From NCBI GenBank assembly GCA_043826455.1, contig JBDRQD010000030.1, positions 1 through 64,000 of the forward strand: a DNA stretch of 64,000 bases. The letters are read 5' to 3'. Numbering within the stretch: position 1 is the stretch's first letter; every line of letters starts with the position of its first letter. Both the position numbers and the translations under genes were made by a program. The notes under the pieces were generated by a model, which worked only from the letters and a program-made list of their open reading frames with translations, ran no database searches and was not told the DNA's origin. This document shows, in pieces, positions 19,492 through 30,125 of the stretch. This stretch comes from Candidatus Bathyarchaeota archaeon. Its GTDB lineage: Archaea > Thermoproteota > Bathyarchaeia > TCS64.

Positions 19492-21225
19492 ATGGCTTTT
19501 ACTACTAGGCCAGTGATCATGGGCACCCACGGAGTCGTGGCCAGCACCCACTACCTGGCCTCCGTCGAGGGACTCCAGGCGCTGAGAGAGGGTGGGACCG
19601 TGGTGGATGCCGGCGCCACCATGTGGTTCATGCTCACCCTCCTCAAGCCTCACCTTGTGGGCGTAGCAGGGGAGGTGCCCATACTCCTCCACTTGGCTGA
19701 GGAGGGTAAGGTTCTGGCCGTCAACGGCCAGGGACCGGCCCCCGCGGCCGCCACCATCGATTGGTTCAAGGAGCGGGGGTACCCCTTGATCCCTGAGGAC
19801 GGCTTCACGCCGGCTGTCGTGCCGGGCGCCTTCCACGCATGGATGAGGACGCTGGAGGAGTACGGCGCCATGAGCCTGAGGCGCATTCTGACGCCTGCGA
19901 TTAGACTTGCCAAGGAAGGTTTTCCGGTGTACCCCACACTCGCAGCGTTCCTTGACCGCCTCAAGGACAGGTACCTGACCGAATGGTCCGCGTCAGCTAA
20001 AACGTACCTGCCCAGCGGCTCAGCACCTAAGGTTGGGCAGGTCATCAACAACCCGGACTGGGCGCGAACCTTCAGCAGGCTCCTCCGGGAGACGAGCAGA
20101 GACGCGGCTACAAGCAGAAGCCAGGGTTTCGATGCCGCCATCAAGCACTTCTACGATGGCCCCATAGCCGAATCCATCGTGAGCTATATGCAGGGCTTCA
20201 AGTGCAATGACGTCTACGGCAAGGAGAACCACGGCCTCATGACCCTGGAGGACATGGCCTCCTACGAGTCCAGGTTCGAGGAGCCCGTCACCGTCAACTA
20301 CCGGGGCCTAGACGTCTACAAGTGCGGGCCGTGGACCCAGGGGCCTGTGCTGCTGCAGCAGCTGAACATCTTGGAGGGCTACGACCTGAAGGGGATGGGC
20401 CACAACAACGTGGAGTACCTTCACACCCTGATAGAGGCGGCGAAGCTAGCCTTCGCCGACCGGGAGCAATACTACGCTGACCCCGACTTCGTGGAGGTTC
20501 CGCTCACCCGCCTCCTGTCCAAAGGTTACGCCGAGGAGCGGAGACGCCTGATAGACCCGGGCAGTGCCTCCATGCTGCTCAGGCCAGGCGGCGCCCCTCA
20601 CGTGGAGCTGAAGGAGAGCGGCGAGAGGCCCTTCCACGAGGGTGACACCGTGCACCTGGAGGCTGTGGACTCCGAGGGCAACATGCTGTCAGCTACACCA
20701 AGTGGAGGATGGATCAGAACCAGCCCGCTGATCCCGGACCTCGGATTCCCCATGGGGACACGTGGACAGTTCTTCCATCTGGACCCGGGCCACGCGGAGA
20801 GGCTGGAGCCAGGGAAGAAGCCCAGCACAACCCTCACCCCCAGCCTGGTGATGAGGGACAGCGAGCCCTACATGGTCTTCGGTACTCCTGGAGGCGACCA
20901 GCAGGACCAGTGGACCCTACAGCTCTTCCTCAACCACGTTGAGTTCGGGATGAACGTTCAGGAGGCCATCGACGCCCCCACAGTGCACACCAACAGCTTC
21001 CCGGGGAGCTTCTGGCCTCACGCGGTGAGACCAGGGGAGGTGAGCGTAGAGTCAAGGATACCTGAGACCGTTGTAGACGGCTTGAGGAGGCTGGGCCACA
21101 AGGTGGTGGTGAGCAAGCCCTGGAGCCACGGGCGGTGCCTAGCTATAAAATACGACCTTGAGACCTGTGTTATACACGGCGGTGCCTCACCGCGCACCGG
21201 TGAGCCCTACGCGATAGGGTGGTAA
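19492..21225 (+). CDS. ggt: Gamma-glutamyltransferase family Ntn-hydrolase
   Basis: GG..VDA, VPG, AFADR, GDTVH (autocatalytic Thr), LEPGKKPSTTLTP, GTPGGDQQ. Confidence 0.9.
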   Translation: MAFTTRPVIMGTHGVVASTHYLASVEGLQALREGGTVVDAGATMWFMLTLLKPHLVGVAGEVPILLHLAEEGKVLAVNGQGPAPAAATIDWFKERGYPLIPEDGFTPAVVPGAFHAWMRTLEEYGAMSLRRILTPAIRLAKEGFPVYPTLAAFLDRLKDRYLTEWSASAKTYLPSGSAPKVGQVINNPDWARTFSRLLRETSRDAATSRSQGFDAAIKHFYDGPIAESIVSYMQGFKCNDVYGKENHGLMTLEDMASYESRFEEPVTVNYRGLDVYKCGPWTQGPVLLQQLNILEGYDLKGMGHNNVEYLHTLIEAAKLAFADREQYYADPDFVEVPLTRLLSKGYAEERRRLIDPGSASMLLRPGGAPHVELKESGERPFHEGDTVHLEAVDSEGNMLSATPSGGWIRTSPLIPDLGFPMGTRGQFFHLDPGHAERLEPGKKPSTTLTPSLVMRDSEPYMVFGTPGGDQQDQWTLQLFLNHVEFGMNVQEAIDAPTVHTNSFPGSFWPHAVRPGEVSVESRIPETVVDGLRRLGHKVVVSKPWSHGRCLAIKYDLETCVIHGGASPRTGEPYAIGW

Positions 21226-21425
21226 GACGGTCTCCTCCCCCAAATCCATTTGACAACGTTTTCGATTAACCGTGTTTCTGGGTTTCGGACCCATAGGCGA
21301 GAAGGAATCACTGAAAGAAAAGCATGAAGTATAAGATGGAATTTTTTTTCCGCCTTATACCCTCTAGGACGGTATAAGCCACCAGGCTGAAAACGATACA
21401 CACGCTATCCACCCGGTAGACCCGA

Positions 21426-21660
21426 GGGGGGAGGGGGGGTAGAGCAAGAAAAACCGGAATCGGACGCTCCACGCCAAAAGGAGCCACAGAACCGGTCCGA
21501 TGCGATCCCATTCTATGCAAAAACGCTGTTCATACAATACAAAAACACAGCACATTCAGCACATCAGACACGCTGAAGCGGAGAGCCTGATGTGCAAAAA
21601 AAGGTAGGGGGTATCTATTTTAGAACCAGAAAACTCATAAAATAGGGGTACAGGGCACCA
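21426..21660 (+). repeat. Dispersed non-coding repeat, copy A
   Basis: Shares CCACGCCAAAAGGAGCCAC with copy C and CATTCAGCACATCAG with copy B; ends approximate. Confidence 0.8.
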
Positions 21661-21712
21661 TTTACGATGCCAAGAATATAATCAAAACCCTCTGGCATAA
21701 AAAATGTGGGGG

Positions 21713-21997
21713 TTATTTGGTCTTCTTTGCCTTCTCGTATCTCGCCCTCTCTATTATGGGGACGACTTCGACGTCCAGGTGTGGGGCGTAGTCCTCAACC
21801 CATTTGGCGACCTTGATGTCGTCATCTGTATCCACTATGAAGAAGGCCTTGAACTCCGTGAGATAATGGTGGATGGGGAAGATCATCTCGTCTCCCCAGC
21901 TCTCCCCACGTTCGATCCTCTTCTTCTCCACGTCATAGGCTTTCTTGGTGTTCTCAGCTACGGGCTCACGGGCACTGTAGATGAACAGGTACTTCAA
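21713..21997 (-). CDS. DUF3303/GYD-like small protein
   Basis: MKYLFIY...KAFFIVDTDD...EVVPII pattern; GGAGG RBS. Confidence 0.6.
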   Translation of the reverse strand: MKYLFIYSAREPVAENTKKAYDVEKKRIERGESWGDEMIFPIHHYLTEFKAFFIVDTDDDIKVAKWVEDYAPHLDVEVVPIIERARYEKAKKTK

Positions 21998-22103
21998 AAC
22001 CGGTGCCTCCAGTTCATGTAGGTCGATGAGAGTTGAATAACGTTACGTTTCTCCTCTAAAAAAGGTACAAATGTTGGTGGGGGTAGGCCCCTACCTGGGC
22101 CTC

Positions 22104-23066
22104 TTACCCGTCGGGTAGGTACGTCCTCGGGAACTTGGCCACTACACTGTAGTTGGGGTCGACGACGTTGCCCACCCGGCACCTGCCCACCTGGGAGAGG
22201 AGTTGGAGGGCGTCCCACTTGCTGTAGCCGTGGTCCTCGCACAGCCACTTCACCATCTCAACGTGAGCTATCTTATAGGCCTCCATGAGGGGCCTGGAGC
22301 TACCCACCGTCATGATCCACTCCTCATCCACTATTCTAGGCCAGTCGATGGCCTTCCCCTTAACGACATCCACCTTGATCTGTATCTCCGCTGAGGTCTC
22401 GAGGGCCACTCCGCAGAGCTCCCCGTCCCCCTGGGCGGCGTGGACGTCACCGAAGACCAGGTAGGCGCCCTCCACGAAGACGGGCAGGTGCAGCTGGACG
22501 CCTTCGCAGGTCTCCACGCAGTCCATGTTGCCGCCGTACTCCCCGGGGGCCAGGGACATCTCCACTCTGCCGAACCTTGGAGCCACGCCGATAGAGCCTA
22601 TAAAGGGGTGTAAGGGTATAACAGCTTGTTTGGCGGCGCTTTCGGGGAGTCCAACTGTCCCCATGTTGTTCTTTAGGTCGAGGCTCCACTCGTACCTCTT
22701 CCGGGGCAGGGGCTCGTTGAGCAGGAGCCTCCGCCCTGGTGCTTCCTCGGTCAGCGACCCGAACCAGGGTAGGATGCTGCTGTAGGCTGAGGGCCTGGTC
22801 AACCTGATCCTCTGTATCTCGACTACCAGTGTGTCCCCCTGCTGAGCACCCTTGACGTAGAAGGGCCCAGTCAGGGGGTTGCTGGAGCTTAGGGTGGTCC
22901 CCGGGCTTCTCTGCCTTTTCTCGTCTGGCAGAGGGTTTCCCTGATGGTCCTGCCCCCCAGCGTCCACTGTGGGGGCTATAACCGTGTCTCCCGGCTTCAC
23001 ATGGTGCGCGGGCTCGTTGGGCCCGTATGTGTGGTAGTATACGAGGGGCTGAAAACGATGTATCAT
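22104..23066 (-). CDS. Acetamidase/formamidase family protein
   Basis: NPLTGPFYVKGA.GD, GGNMD, GDVHAAQGDGELCG. Confidence 0.9.
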   Translation of the reverse strand: MIHRFQPLVYYHTYGPNEPAHHVKPGDTVIAPTVDAGGQDHQGNPLPDEKRQRSPGTTLSSSNPLTGPFYVKGAQQGDTLVVEIQRIRLTRPSAYSSILPWFGSLTEEAPGRRLLLNEPLPRKRYEWSLDLKNNMGTVGLPESAAKQAVIPLHPFIGSIGVAPRFGRVEMSLAPGEYGGNMDCVETCEGVQLHLPVFVEGAYLVFGDVHAAQGDGELCGVALETSAEIQIKVDVVKGKAIDWPRIVDEEWIMTVGSSRPLMEAYKIAHVEMVKWLCEDHGYSKWDALQLLSQVGRCRVGNVVDPNYSVVAKFPRTYLPDG

Positions 23067-23156
23067 GTATCTCCAATGGTGTCTTTGTTTTAATATGCCT
23101 TGTTGGAGTGTACTGATCTATCTGTTAAAAAAAGGTAAAAAAAATAAAGGGTAATT

Positions 23157-23618
23157 TTATTTGTGAGTTAATCCGATTACAGGCATTTCATGGTTTTTCA
23201 GTTGTATTATCTCGTCGTTGGTCTTCTCTAAGGCCATTTTGATTCTATACTTGTCTACGGCGTTCTTTATCCTCTTCAGGAGCACTATGTAGTGGGCCGC
23301 GTCGTGGGCCTTGGTGACGAAATCGTCCGCTCCCGCCTCAAAGGCCTCCTCAGCGATCTTCTCCTCCGAGGAGCCGGTGTACAGGATGACAGGTATCTCC
23401 GACAACTCTCGTAGCTTCTTGGTGAACTGGATCCCGTCCATCTCAGGCATCTTGTAGTCAGAAAGGACGATATCTGGCTCCGAGTCCATGAGGCACTCCA
23501 GTACCCTGCTCGGGGACGTGGATGTCGTGATCTGCATGTCCTTGTCGTAGGCCATTATGATCTCTCTGGTGAGATCTAAGTAGTTTTGCTCGTCGTCGAC
23601 GTGGATAATTCTAATCAT
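23157..23618 (-). CDS. Stand-alone response regulator receiver protein
   Basis: IIHVDDE, SDYKMPEMDG (phospho-Asp), LYTG, GADDFVTK; ATG at 23618 after GGAGG. Confidence 0.9.
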   Translation of the reverse strand: MIRIIHVDDEQNYLDLTREIIMAYDKDMQITTSTSPSRVLECLMDSEPDIVLSDYKMPEMDGIQFTKKLRELSEIPVILYTGSSEEKIAEEAFEAGADDFVTKAHDAAHYIVLLKRIKNAVDKYRIKMALEKTNDEIIQLKNHEMPVIGLTHK

Positions 23619-23978
23619 GAAACGCCCTCCCGTGTGAAGTCTTCGTGCTGTTTTGGGTTTCTTGGTTTGGCGAACTCTTCCCAGAGTCTCGAACAACAAT
23701 GACGTGGTCATAGAAGTATGGGTGCTTCTGGGTTGTATCTAGTTCGCGGGCGCCGTTTATGCGTTTCATTTATATCCCTTTTTCTGGTTGGTGGCAAATG
23801 CATCTCACTATGGTTGTTTACCCTACACAGAAGTCGATTCCCACCCGCACACGGTCGTGTCTGGGAAATTTTTGCCAATTTGCTTGATGCAATTGACGTG
23901 CTCTCATTGATTTCAGTGAATATAAATTTATTGCATTGATATGTGCTTGGTTAGTAATAAAAAATGGGTGTATGATAA

Positions 23979-24911
23979 TTAGTATGGCGTGAAGTTTTCT
24001 ATCAACAGGATGCTTGCACCCAAGTATGGCTCTATCTGCTTAGCCCTTTTCACCCTGCTGTGGCCTGGGCATAGAATATCTATTGATTCTTCCTGCACTA
24101 CCTGTTTAAGTGAATAGAGTGATCCTATTTGGAGTTCGAGGAAATTGGGATACCCGGATTGTGATAGTAAGTAGTTATTGTATAACGTGAAATAGTTTAA
24201 CTCGAAGGTTTGATCCAGTGGTTTCGTATCCTCTTTGGGCGGGGGGAACGTGGCGTCACCTGTGAAAAGGCACGTTTTTTTGCCGTCATCATATTTGATC
24301 GATACGGATCCATAGGTGTGTCCTGGACTCGGAATGATCGTGAACTCTTCTAGAAGACTAGCAAACTCTAGAATATCACTTGGCTCATATGGTATGTACA
24401 TGAAGTCATCGGGGATTCCTGGAGCATAAGCCCCTGACCGGATGATCGGCAAATCACCAATCGGAGCGTAGACAGATATTCCCTGATCCTTGAAGTATGA
24501 TCCTCCGCCTGCATGATCAGCGTGACCATGAGTCAAGTACACCGCCAGAACATCCTCTTTTTTGAAGTCCTTCTTGATCATTTTGTATAGATCGCCAGCC
24601 AAGTCCTCGGTTCCGCAGTCTATCAAGACTAGCCCCTCACTCGTTTTGACCACGTACACGTTGACTGAATAGAATGAACCTTCAGGGAATTGCGCAGCAA
24701 TCTCTGGGAAAAGAACCGGGTCTATGTTCATTGGAACGAACTCAACATACTGGATGACATTCTTACTGACCCGTTTCTCAACTATGTACCCTTTTTTCAG
24801 GTTTTTCGGCTTTGGTTTAGCGTATGCTGCCGGTGTTAACGATGATGTAATTAACACCAAGACAACTGCTACTATGAGTGTCTTATTGATTGTTTTTCCT
24901 GTCTGTTTCAT
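23979..24911 (-). CDS. Secreted MBL-fold metallohydrolase
   Basis: Signal peptide ending in AYA; LIDCG, THGHADHAGG, PGHT, TGD, CPGH; more AT-rich than its neighbours. Confidence 0.85.
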   Translation of the reverse strand: MKQTGKTINKTLIVAVVLVLITSSLTPAAYAKPKPKNLKKGYIVEKRVSKNVIQYVEFVPMNIDPVLFPEIAAQFPEGSFYSVNVYVVKTSEGLVLIDCGTEDLAGDLYKMIKKDFKKEDVLAVYLTHGHADHAGGGSYFKDQGISVYAPIGDLPIIRSGAYAPGIPDDFMYIPYEPSDILEFASLLEEFTIIPSPGHTYGSVSIKYDDGKKTCLFTGDATFPPPKEDTKPLDQTFELNYFTLYNNYLLSQSGYPNFLELQIGSLYSLKQVVQEESIDILCPGHSRVKRAKQIEPYLGASILLIENFTPY

Positions 24912-25408
24912 CTTTTTCTCTCCTTTTTGAGAACTTTCAAGCAACACAATTACTGTTTGAGCGGACAAGAAGGTGTTAACCCACCCACAATCAGTGTCTG
25001 GTAAACACGTCAGTTTCTTGTGTCCGTTTGAAACTCTACTCCTGCTATAAATTTATAATATATAAATTATGCGTGAGATGTATTATTTTTTATACACCTA
25101 GCTAATATTTTTCACTGAAATTAACTAAAATATTGTGGTCGATCAACCCCTTTTACCATATGGTAAACACGTCCTACTAACAATATGTCTAAATAACGTG
25201 TAATGGTTGTTGAACAGCCAAAAAACAGGAGTATTAAGATGTGGTGTGTGATGACGGAAAACCCTTTCACTAACTATGTTGGGTGTAATTATTTTATTGG
25301 TTAGAGTCTCTGTTAATGTGATGTAATAAAATTACCATCAGATCATTAGACAATACTTTTATAGTGAAGTCATTTAACGTAATTCATCTACAAGATTGTG
25401 AATCTAAA

Positions 25409-26563
25409 ATGTTTAGTGCATTAGAAATCCCCGTAAGATTTCTAAATGCCATAGTAACCATAGGTTTCTTCTTTCATTTATATAGAGTGTACCGTAAAAC
25501 ACAGAAAAGGTTCTACCTGTTCTGGGGCGTAGGCTTTCTCCTCTACGGCCTCAACATCCTCATGAGGATAGGCACCGGGCCCTCCTACAGCCAATGGTTC
25601 GCCGCCTTCTTCCTTCTAGGGGGCTTCATCAGCATGATAGGCGGCATAGCCGACCTGGTCAACAGGATAAGCCTCCTATACGTTGTCCTGCTTCTCCCCA
25701 TCTCCTTGCTGATTCTCCTGGTGTCCCCCTACCCTGACAGCGTGTTCATTGAGAGAGCCGGCTGGGTCATCGGCATTCTACCCTACCTAATAATATTCGT
25801 GATATTTCTCTTGATCCAGGTCAACTTCAGCACCGCCCTCGACCTCCTACTTGTAGGCTGGGCAGTCCTTCTGTTGACGAACATCGCCTACGCCTTCAAC
25901 GCCATGGAGCCCTACTTCGTGGACATCATGGCCATATTCGCCAAAATAGTGATCTTCATCGGCATGATCAAGCCGAGCTTCTCGTTGCTCGTGGACGACC
26001 TTAAAGAGTTTCTCATATCCGGGAACCCCACGGTCTACGTGGTCGAAGAGAACGGGGGCGTGACCTTGATCAGTACAGGGGTCTACCGTAACGCCGTCCT
26101 CGATTGGATAGAAGAGAAAGTGCTGGATAACTCGAGGAAAGGCATCCGAACCATCCTGATATCCACCTATGATCTGATATCCGTCAACGACCTGACATCC
26201 AAGAAGATCGACGACAAGGTCTACTTCGTCAGAATGATAGCGGGGGCCCGCGGCTCCATGAACATCTTCGAGGAGAACATCATGCAGATCGATGACGACC
26301 TCAACCTGCTGGAGCTCCTATTCACGGACATCATAAAGTACTCAGCGGACAGGAAGCTGAACTGCGACATTATCCTGTACTCCATATCCAGCCTGATCCA
26401 CAACTACGGGTGGAGGCGGGTCTACTCCTTCCTGTTGTCGAACATGACCCAGATCAAGGCAAGCCGCGTCCGGCTGTTCCTCTTCTTCGTCCCCGAGACC
26501 CACGATGACCCCTCGGAGATCAAGAAGTTCGAGTCAATAGCTGATAACATTGTCTCTCTCTAG
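25409..26563 (+). CDS. Multi-pass membrane sensor with a C-terminal DUF835/inactive KaiC-like domain
   Basis: About 6-7 hydrophobic helices, then an alpha/beta domain (IILYSISSLIHNYGWRRVYSFL...FESIAD) with no Walker A. Confidence 0.7.
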   Translation: MFSALEIPVRFLNAIVTIGFFFHLYRVYRKTQKRFYLFWGVGFLLYGLNILMRIGTGPSYSQWFAAFFLLGGFISMIGGIADLVNRISLLYVVLLLPISLLILLVSPYPDSVFIERAGWVIGILPYLIIFVIFLLIQVNFSTALDLLLVGWAVLLLTNIAYAFNAMEPYFVDIMAIFAKIVIFIGMIKPSFSLLVDDLKEFLISGNPTVYVVEENGGVTLISTGVYRNAVLDWIEEKVLDNSRKGIRTILISTYDLISVNDLTSKKIDDKVYFVRMIAGARGSMNIFEENIMQIDDDLNLLELLFTDIIKYSADRKLNCDIILYSISSLIHNYGWRRVYSFLLSNMTQIKASRVRLFLFFVPETHDDPSEIKKFESIADNIVSL

Positions 26564-27993
26564 GCCTTGCCTAGGAGGAGCATCAGATGGTCGTCGGTCA
26601 TGTTGATCCTGGTAATTTTAGGAATTCCCACTCTTCTCTGTAGGTACCTGTGGAAGCTTCCCTTGGGTAGGATCTCCAGCTTTAACGGCAGGTACCCCAG
26701 CATATGAGTCAGGTCATGCCAGTCCTTATCGTATTCCAGGAGCTGCTCGTTTATCTTCGCTTTCAGATCGTCTTCGTCAACGGTGCTCTGAGGCTCGACG
26801 TATATTTTCATATAGTCCCGTGAGAACTCGGCTTCTCTTACAGCAACGAAGTCGACATAGGGTGCCCCTGTTCTGTTCAGTACCTCGATTAGCTCATCTT
26901 CGTTGATCCTAGTGAAATTGTGGAGCACAATGAGGTTGTCACACCTGGCGTAGTACCTGAACACGGGCAGCCCTGATCCTATGATCCTGTCCTCTAGGGA
27001 TATGCATTCCAGGAGGTCAGGCATCGCGTACCTGATCAGGTCATTGCCGTAGGGCGTGGCCACCAACTGGTACACCTTACCCACCTCCACCTCGTTCAGC
27101 GGCAGTATTCCCTCAAAGGGTTCAGTGGTCGCCTCACTGGTGTCCACTACATGTTCCTCCGGAATAAACTCCGAGTACAGAACCCTCCAGTCGAAGAAGA
27201 AGCACCCCGGATACTCTATGGAGGGCAGCGCGACGAACATGGTCTCCGTGGACCCGAAGATGGTCTTGGGGTAGTTGCCCGTGATCTCCTTGATCTTATC
27301 CTTCAAGGCGTAGGCTGACCGGTCCTGGGTTATGAAGCCCTTCAGCTTCACTGGCTCTCCTATCTGCGGGTATATCTGGTCGATCAGCGTCGTGACGGTC
27401 ATGTAGGCGACGTCGATCTCTCTGTGGTGCTTGAGGAAGTAGTCCACCTTCTCCTGAAAAGGCATATCAGGGTCTGGGACCTGATCCACCCAGCCTATGC
27501 GCCTGTTAGTGATAATGTCGTAATAGAAGGAGCTGATGAACTGGCCTCCGGGCATGTTGTGGTAGACGACGTCTCCCACCTCGTAGGTGATCTTCTCCCC
27601 GTCATGGGTGCACAGGAAGAGAAACGTCATGCCCGTCTTCTGTATGCTGTTCCAGAGCCCCGTCTTTGGGAGGAGATATGTTTTGGGTTTACCCATGGTT
27701 CCGCTGGTGATAGCCCTAACATAGTCGTGGATTGGGTAGATGAAGTCGTCCCGGTGGGGGTTCTCGAAGAACGGTTTATAGAAGTTGTAGTGTGTTAGGG
27801 GGATGTCGCGTAACGGTGTATTGGGGGTCACCCCAAGTTTTCGGCCGATCCCCGTGCCTGAGACCTTCTTTATGTGTTCTTTAATGTAGGCCTCTGACTT
27901 ACTCCTGTAGTCCTTTTCCTTCAGCCAGCTCATGGAGTAGCGCTGCAGGACGGGCCTCATGATCTGGTTGACGATCCTGGGCAAGACGTTCAC
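26560..27993 (-). CDS. GH3-family acyl-acid amido synthetase (ANL superfamily)
   Basis: IPLTHY..YKP, TSGTMGKPK, FGSTE, GKVYQLVAT, LIRYAMPD. Confidence 0.85.
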   Translation of the reverse strand: MNVLPRIVNQIMRPVLQRYSMSWLKEKDYRSKSEAYIKEHIKKVSGTGIGRKLGVTPNTPLRDIPLTHYNFYKPFFENPHRDDFIYPIHDYVRAITSGTMGKPKTYLLPKTGLWNSIQKTGMTFLFLCTHDGEKITYEVGDVVYHNMPGGQFISSFYYDIITNRRIGWVDQVPDPDMPFQEKVDYFLKHHREIDVAYMTVTTLIDQIYPQIGEPVKLKGFITQDRSAYALKDKIKEITGNYPKTIFGSTETMFVALPSIEYPGCFFFDWRVLYSEFIPEEHVVDTSEATTEPFEGILPLNEVEVGKVYQLVATPYGNDLIRYAMPDLLECISLEDRIIGSGLPVFRYYARCDNLIVLHNFTRINEDELIEVLNRTGAPYVDFVAVREAEFSRDYMKIYVEPQSTVDEDDLKAKINEQLLEYDKDWHDLTHMLGYLPLKLEILPKGSFHRYLQRRVGIPKITRINMTDDHLMLLLGKA

Positions 27994-27994
27994 C

Positions 27995-28729
27995 TCAATT
28001 TATTATGGGCTCCTTGTTGAAGACCGAGAACCCTCTGTTGGTGATGAGGTAGGATCTCGGTTGCTCGTCGAAGCTTGTTCCTCTCATTTTGTCTATTCTT
28101 AAGGTTTTTATGAGCCTGAAATCGATGATGTCCTTCTCCATGATGAGCACGCCGTCAGACAGGAACTGCTCCATGTAGAAGTCGTTGTTGTTAGGGATGC
28201 TCTCGGAGACTATCACTCCGTTACATTTCTTTCTCTTTATGGAGTCGAAGATCTGGCCGATCTGGTACCTCTTGCGCCCCGACCTGACCTCATGGATGAC
28301 AATGCTGGTGAGGGGGTCGATTACAATGTGCTTGGCCTTCACTCTGTCCACCTCATCCTCGATAGCTTTGATGATCCCCAGTTCAAGTTTACCCTGCTCT
28401 CTCTCAAATGGTTCCACTATGCCTCTGGACTGGGGGATCATGTTGATGTCCAAGACGGCCAGCTTGCCTTGGTCTATGGCTTTCTGGAGGTCCCAGCCAA
28501 AGTTCATCGCGTTGTCCACCTTCTCCTTGAAGGACTCCTCCAGTGAGACGTAGACGCAGGGCTCGCCGCGGGCGATGGCCGACATCATGTAGTGGATCGA
28601 GAAGATAGTCTTCCCTGTACCTGGACCGCCACAAAGCAGCATGATTTTCCCTGATGGTACTCCACCGCCCAGCATCTCGTCTAATCCTGTGATCCCTGTT
28701 ACGACGCGCTTACTCTCAGTTTTTGACAT
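27995..28729 (-). CDS. KaiC-like (RAD55) single-domain ATPase
   Basis: TGITGLDEMLGGG, GGPGTGKT, SLEE, IVID, SDGVL, KMRGT. Confidence 0.9.
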   Translation of the reverse strand: MSKTESKRVVTGITGLDEMLGGGVPSGKIMLLCGGPGTGKTIFSIHYMMSAIARGEPCVYVSLEESFKEKVDNAMNFGWDLQKAIDQGKLAVLDINMIPQSRGIVEPFEREQGKLELGIIKAIEDEVDRVKAKHIVIDPLTSIVIHEVRSGRKRYQIGQIFDSIKRKKCNGVIVSESIPNNNDFYMEQFLSDGVLIMEKDIIDFRLIKTLRIDKMRGTSFDEQPRSYLITNRGFSVFNKEPIIN

Positions 28730-29129
28730 TCATTCACCCGACTGTCTTTCATGTATGCGTTTAAGGGGACTCGTTTTTTTATCAGATCCGTTTTTTGAGT
28801 GCATTCCTTACCCCCTAGTGTCACTTATAGAGAATGTATTTCGTTTATTCAACACGTTATTTATACTTTATTACTACCCCAAATAAATGTCAAATATTGG
28901 CGCCTATTTACTCTAGTTGCTAAGTCAGACTCCATACGTTGCATGTATGGCTACATCTATAAAATCGCTAAATTATTGTTCTCCCCAAGTAAAAGCCCGG
29001 AATATCATGCTCCAAAGTTGATTCTTTTGGCTCTGGATGAAGCAAACTATCTCAAATTAACACCCATTTTTTATAATAAACGGGTTCGGGGGCCCCTCAA
29101 CATAGACGATGGCGTGGGATGAGCCGACC

Positions 29130-30044
29130 TTATCTCACGAACCAGTCCTCGTCTATTTCCAGCTTCATGAACTCGGGCTTGGCCTTCTCCAACTGCTCAG
29201 GCTTCACCGGCGTACACGGTGCTCTGACCTCGAAGCTCATATCGACCCCCCTGAGCCTCCAGATGGCCTTATACCTGCCCCAGAAGCTGGCGCCGACGAA
29301 GTAGGTGTCGATGATGTTGAACATCTTCAGTATCATCTCGTGGTAATACAGAGCCTTCTCGTGGTCGCACTTGGCGAAGCTGTCCCTGAGGCCGTTCACC
29401 AGGTGGGGGAATGCCTGGAACTCGGCTATGAGGGCTCCGTGGCCGCCGTGGGTCAGGAAGCTCAGGTACGCGGCTGGGCTGCCGGTGAATAAGGTGATCT
29501 TGTCCCGGCACCGTCTGATGATCTCGGCGAATCGGAGGTGGAAGAAGTCGTCTTCCTTGTAGCTGACAATGTTGCTATATTCCTCGGCTAGTCTCGCCAC
29601 CACGGAGGGGGACATGGTCTTCCCGAAGCCTGGGTTGTTGTACATTATGATGGGGATGTCTACCTTGGTGGCGACAGCCTTGAAGTGCTCGTAGGTCTCA
29701 GCATCCGTTGCCGGCATCAGCATAGGGTGGGCCAGCATGACGCCGTCACATCCAATGTCCTTCGCCTCCTTGGTGAACTGGATGGCCTCCTTGGTGCTTA
29801 TGGCACCTGTCCCGGCGATGACCTTGGCCCTGCCATTCGTCTCGTCCACCACAGTCTCCCATGTCTTTTTCCTTTCATCGTGGAGGAGGTAGGGAAACTC
29901 GCCCGTGGCTCCCGTGGGCACCAAGCCGTCAGCCCCATCCTCAATGATCACGTCAATGATCTTGCGCAGGGTGTCCGTGTCGACCTCGTCCTTCTTGAAG
30001 GGTGTGACGGGGAGACAAAGTATACCGTCGAAAACATTCTTCAT
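29130..30044 (-). CDS. Dihydrodipicolinate synthase/class I aldolase family protein
   Basis: VTPF, GATGEF, IMYNNP, Schiff-base Lys in SYKE. Confidence 0.9.
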   Translation of the reverse strand: MKNVFDGILCLPVTPFKKDEVDTDTLRKIIDVIIEDGADGLVPTGATGEFPYLLHDERKKTWETVVDETNGRAKVIAGTGAISTKEAIQFTKEAKDIGCDGVMLAHPMLMPATDAETYEHFKAVATKVDIPIIMYNNPGFGKTMSPSVVARLAEEYSNIVSYKEDDFFHLRFAEIIRRCRDKITLFTGSPAAYLSFLTHGGHGALIAEFQAFPHLVNGLRDSFAKCDHEKALYYHEMILKMFNIIDTYFVGASFWGRYKAIWRLRGVDMSFEVRAPCTPVKPEQLEKAKPEFMKLEIDEDWFVR

Positions 30045-30125
30045 GTATAACCATTTACATTGAAGGCTGATATGTGATTTACCTTTTTTCCCAGCTACGT
30101 GATTTAATAACGGATAATGGGGTGG

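Noticed and set aside
27995..28729. Circadian clock KaiC or recombinase RadA
   Set aside because: Single ATPase domain with no kaiB and no RadA N-terminal domain; fits the archaeal KaiC-like family
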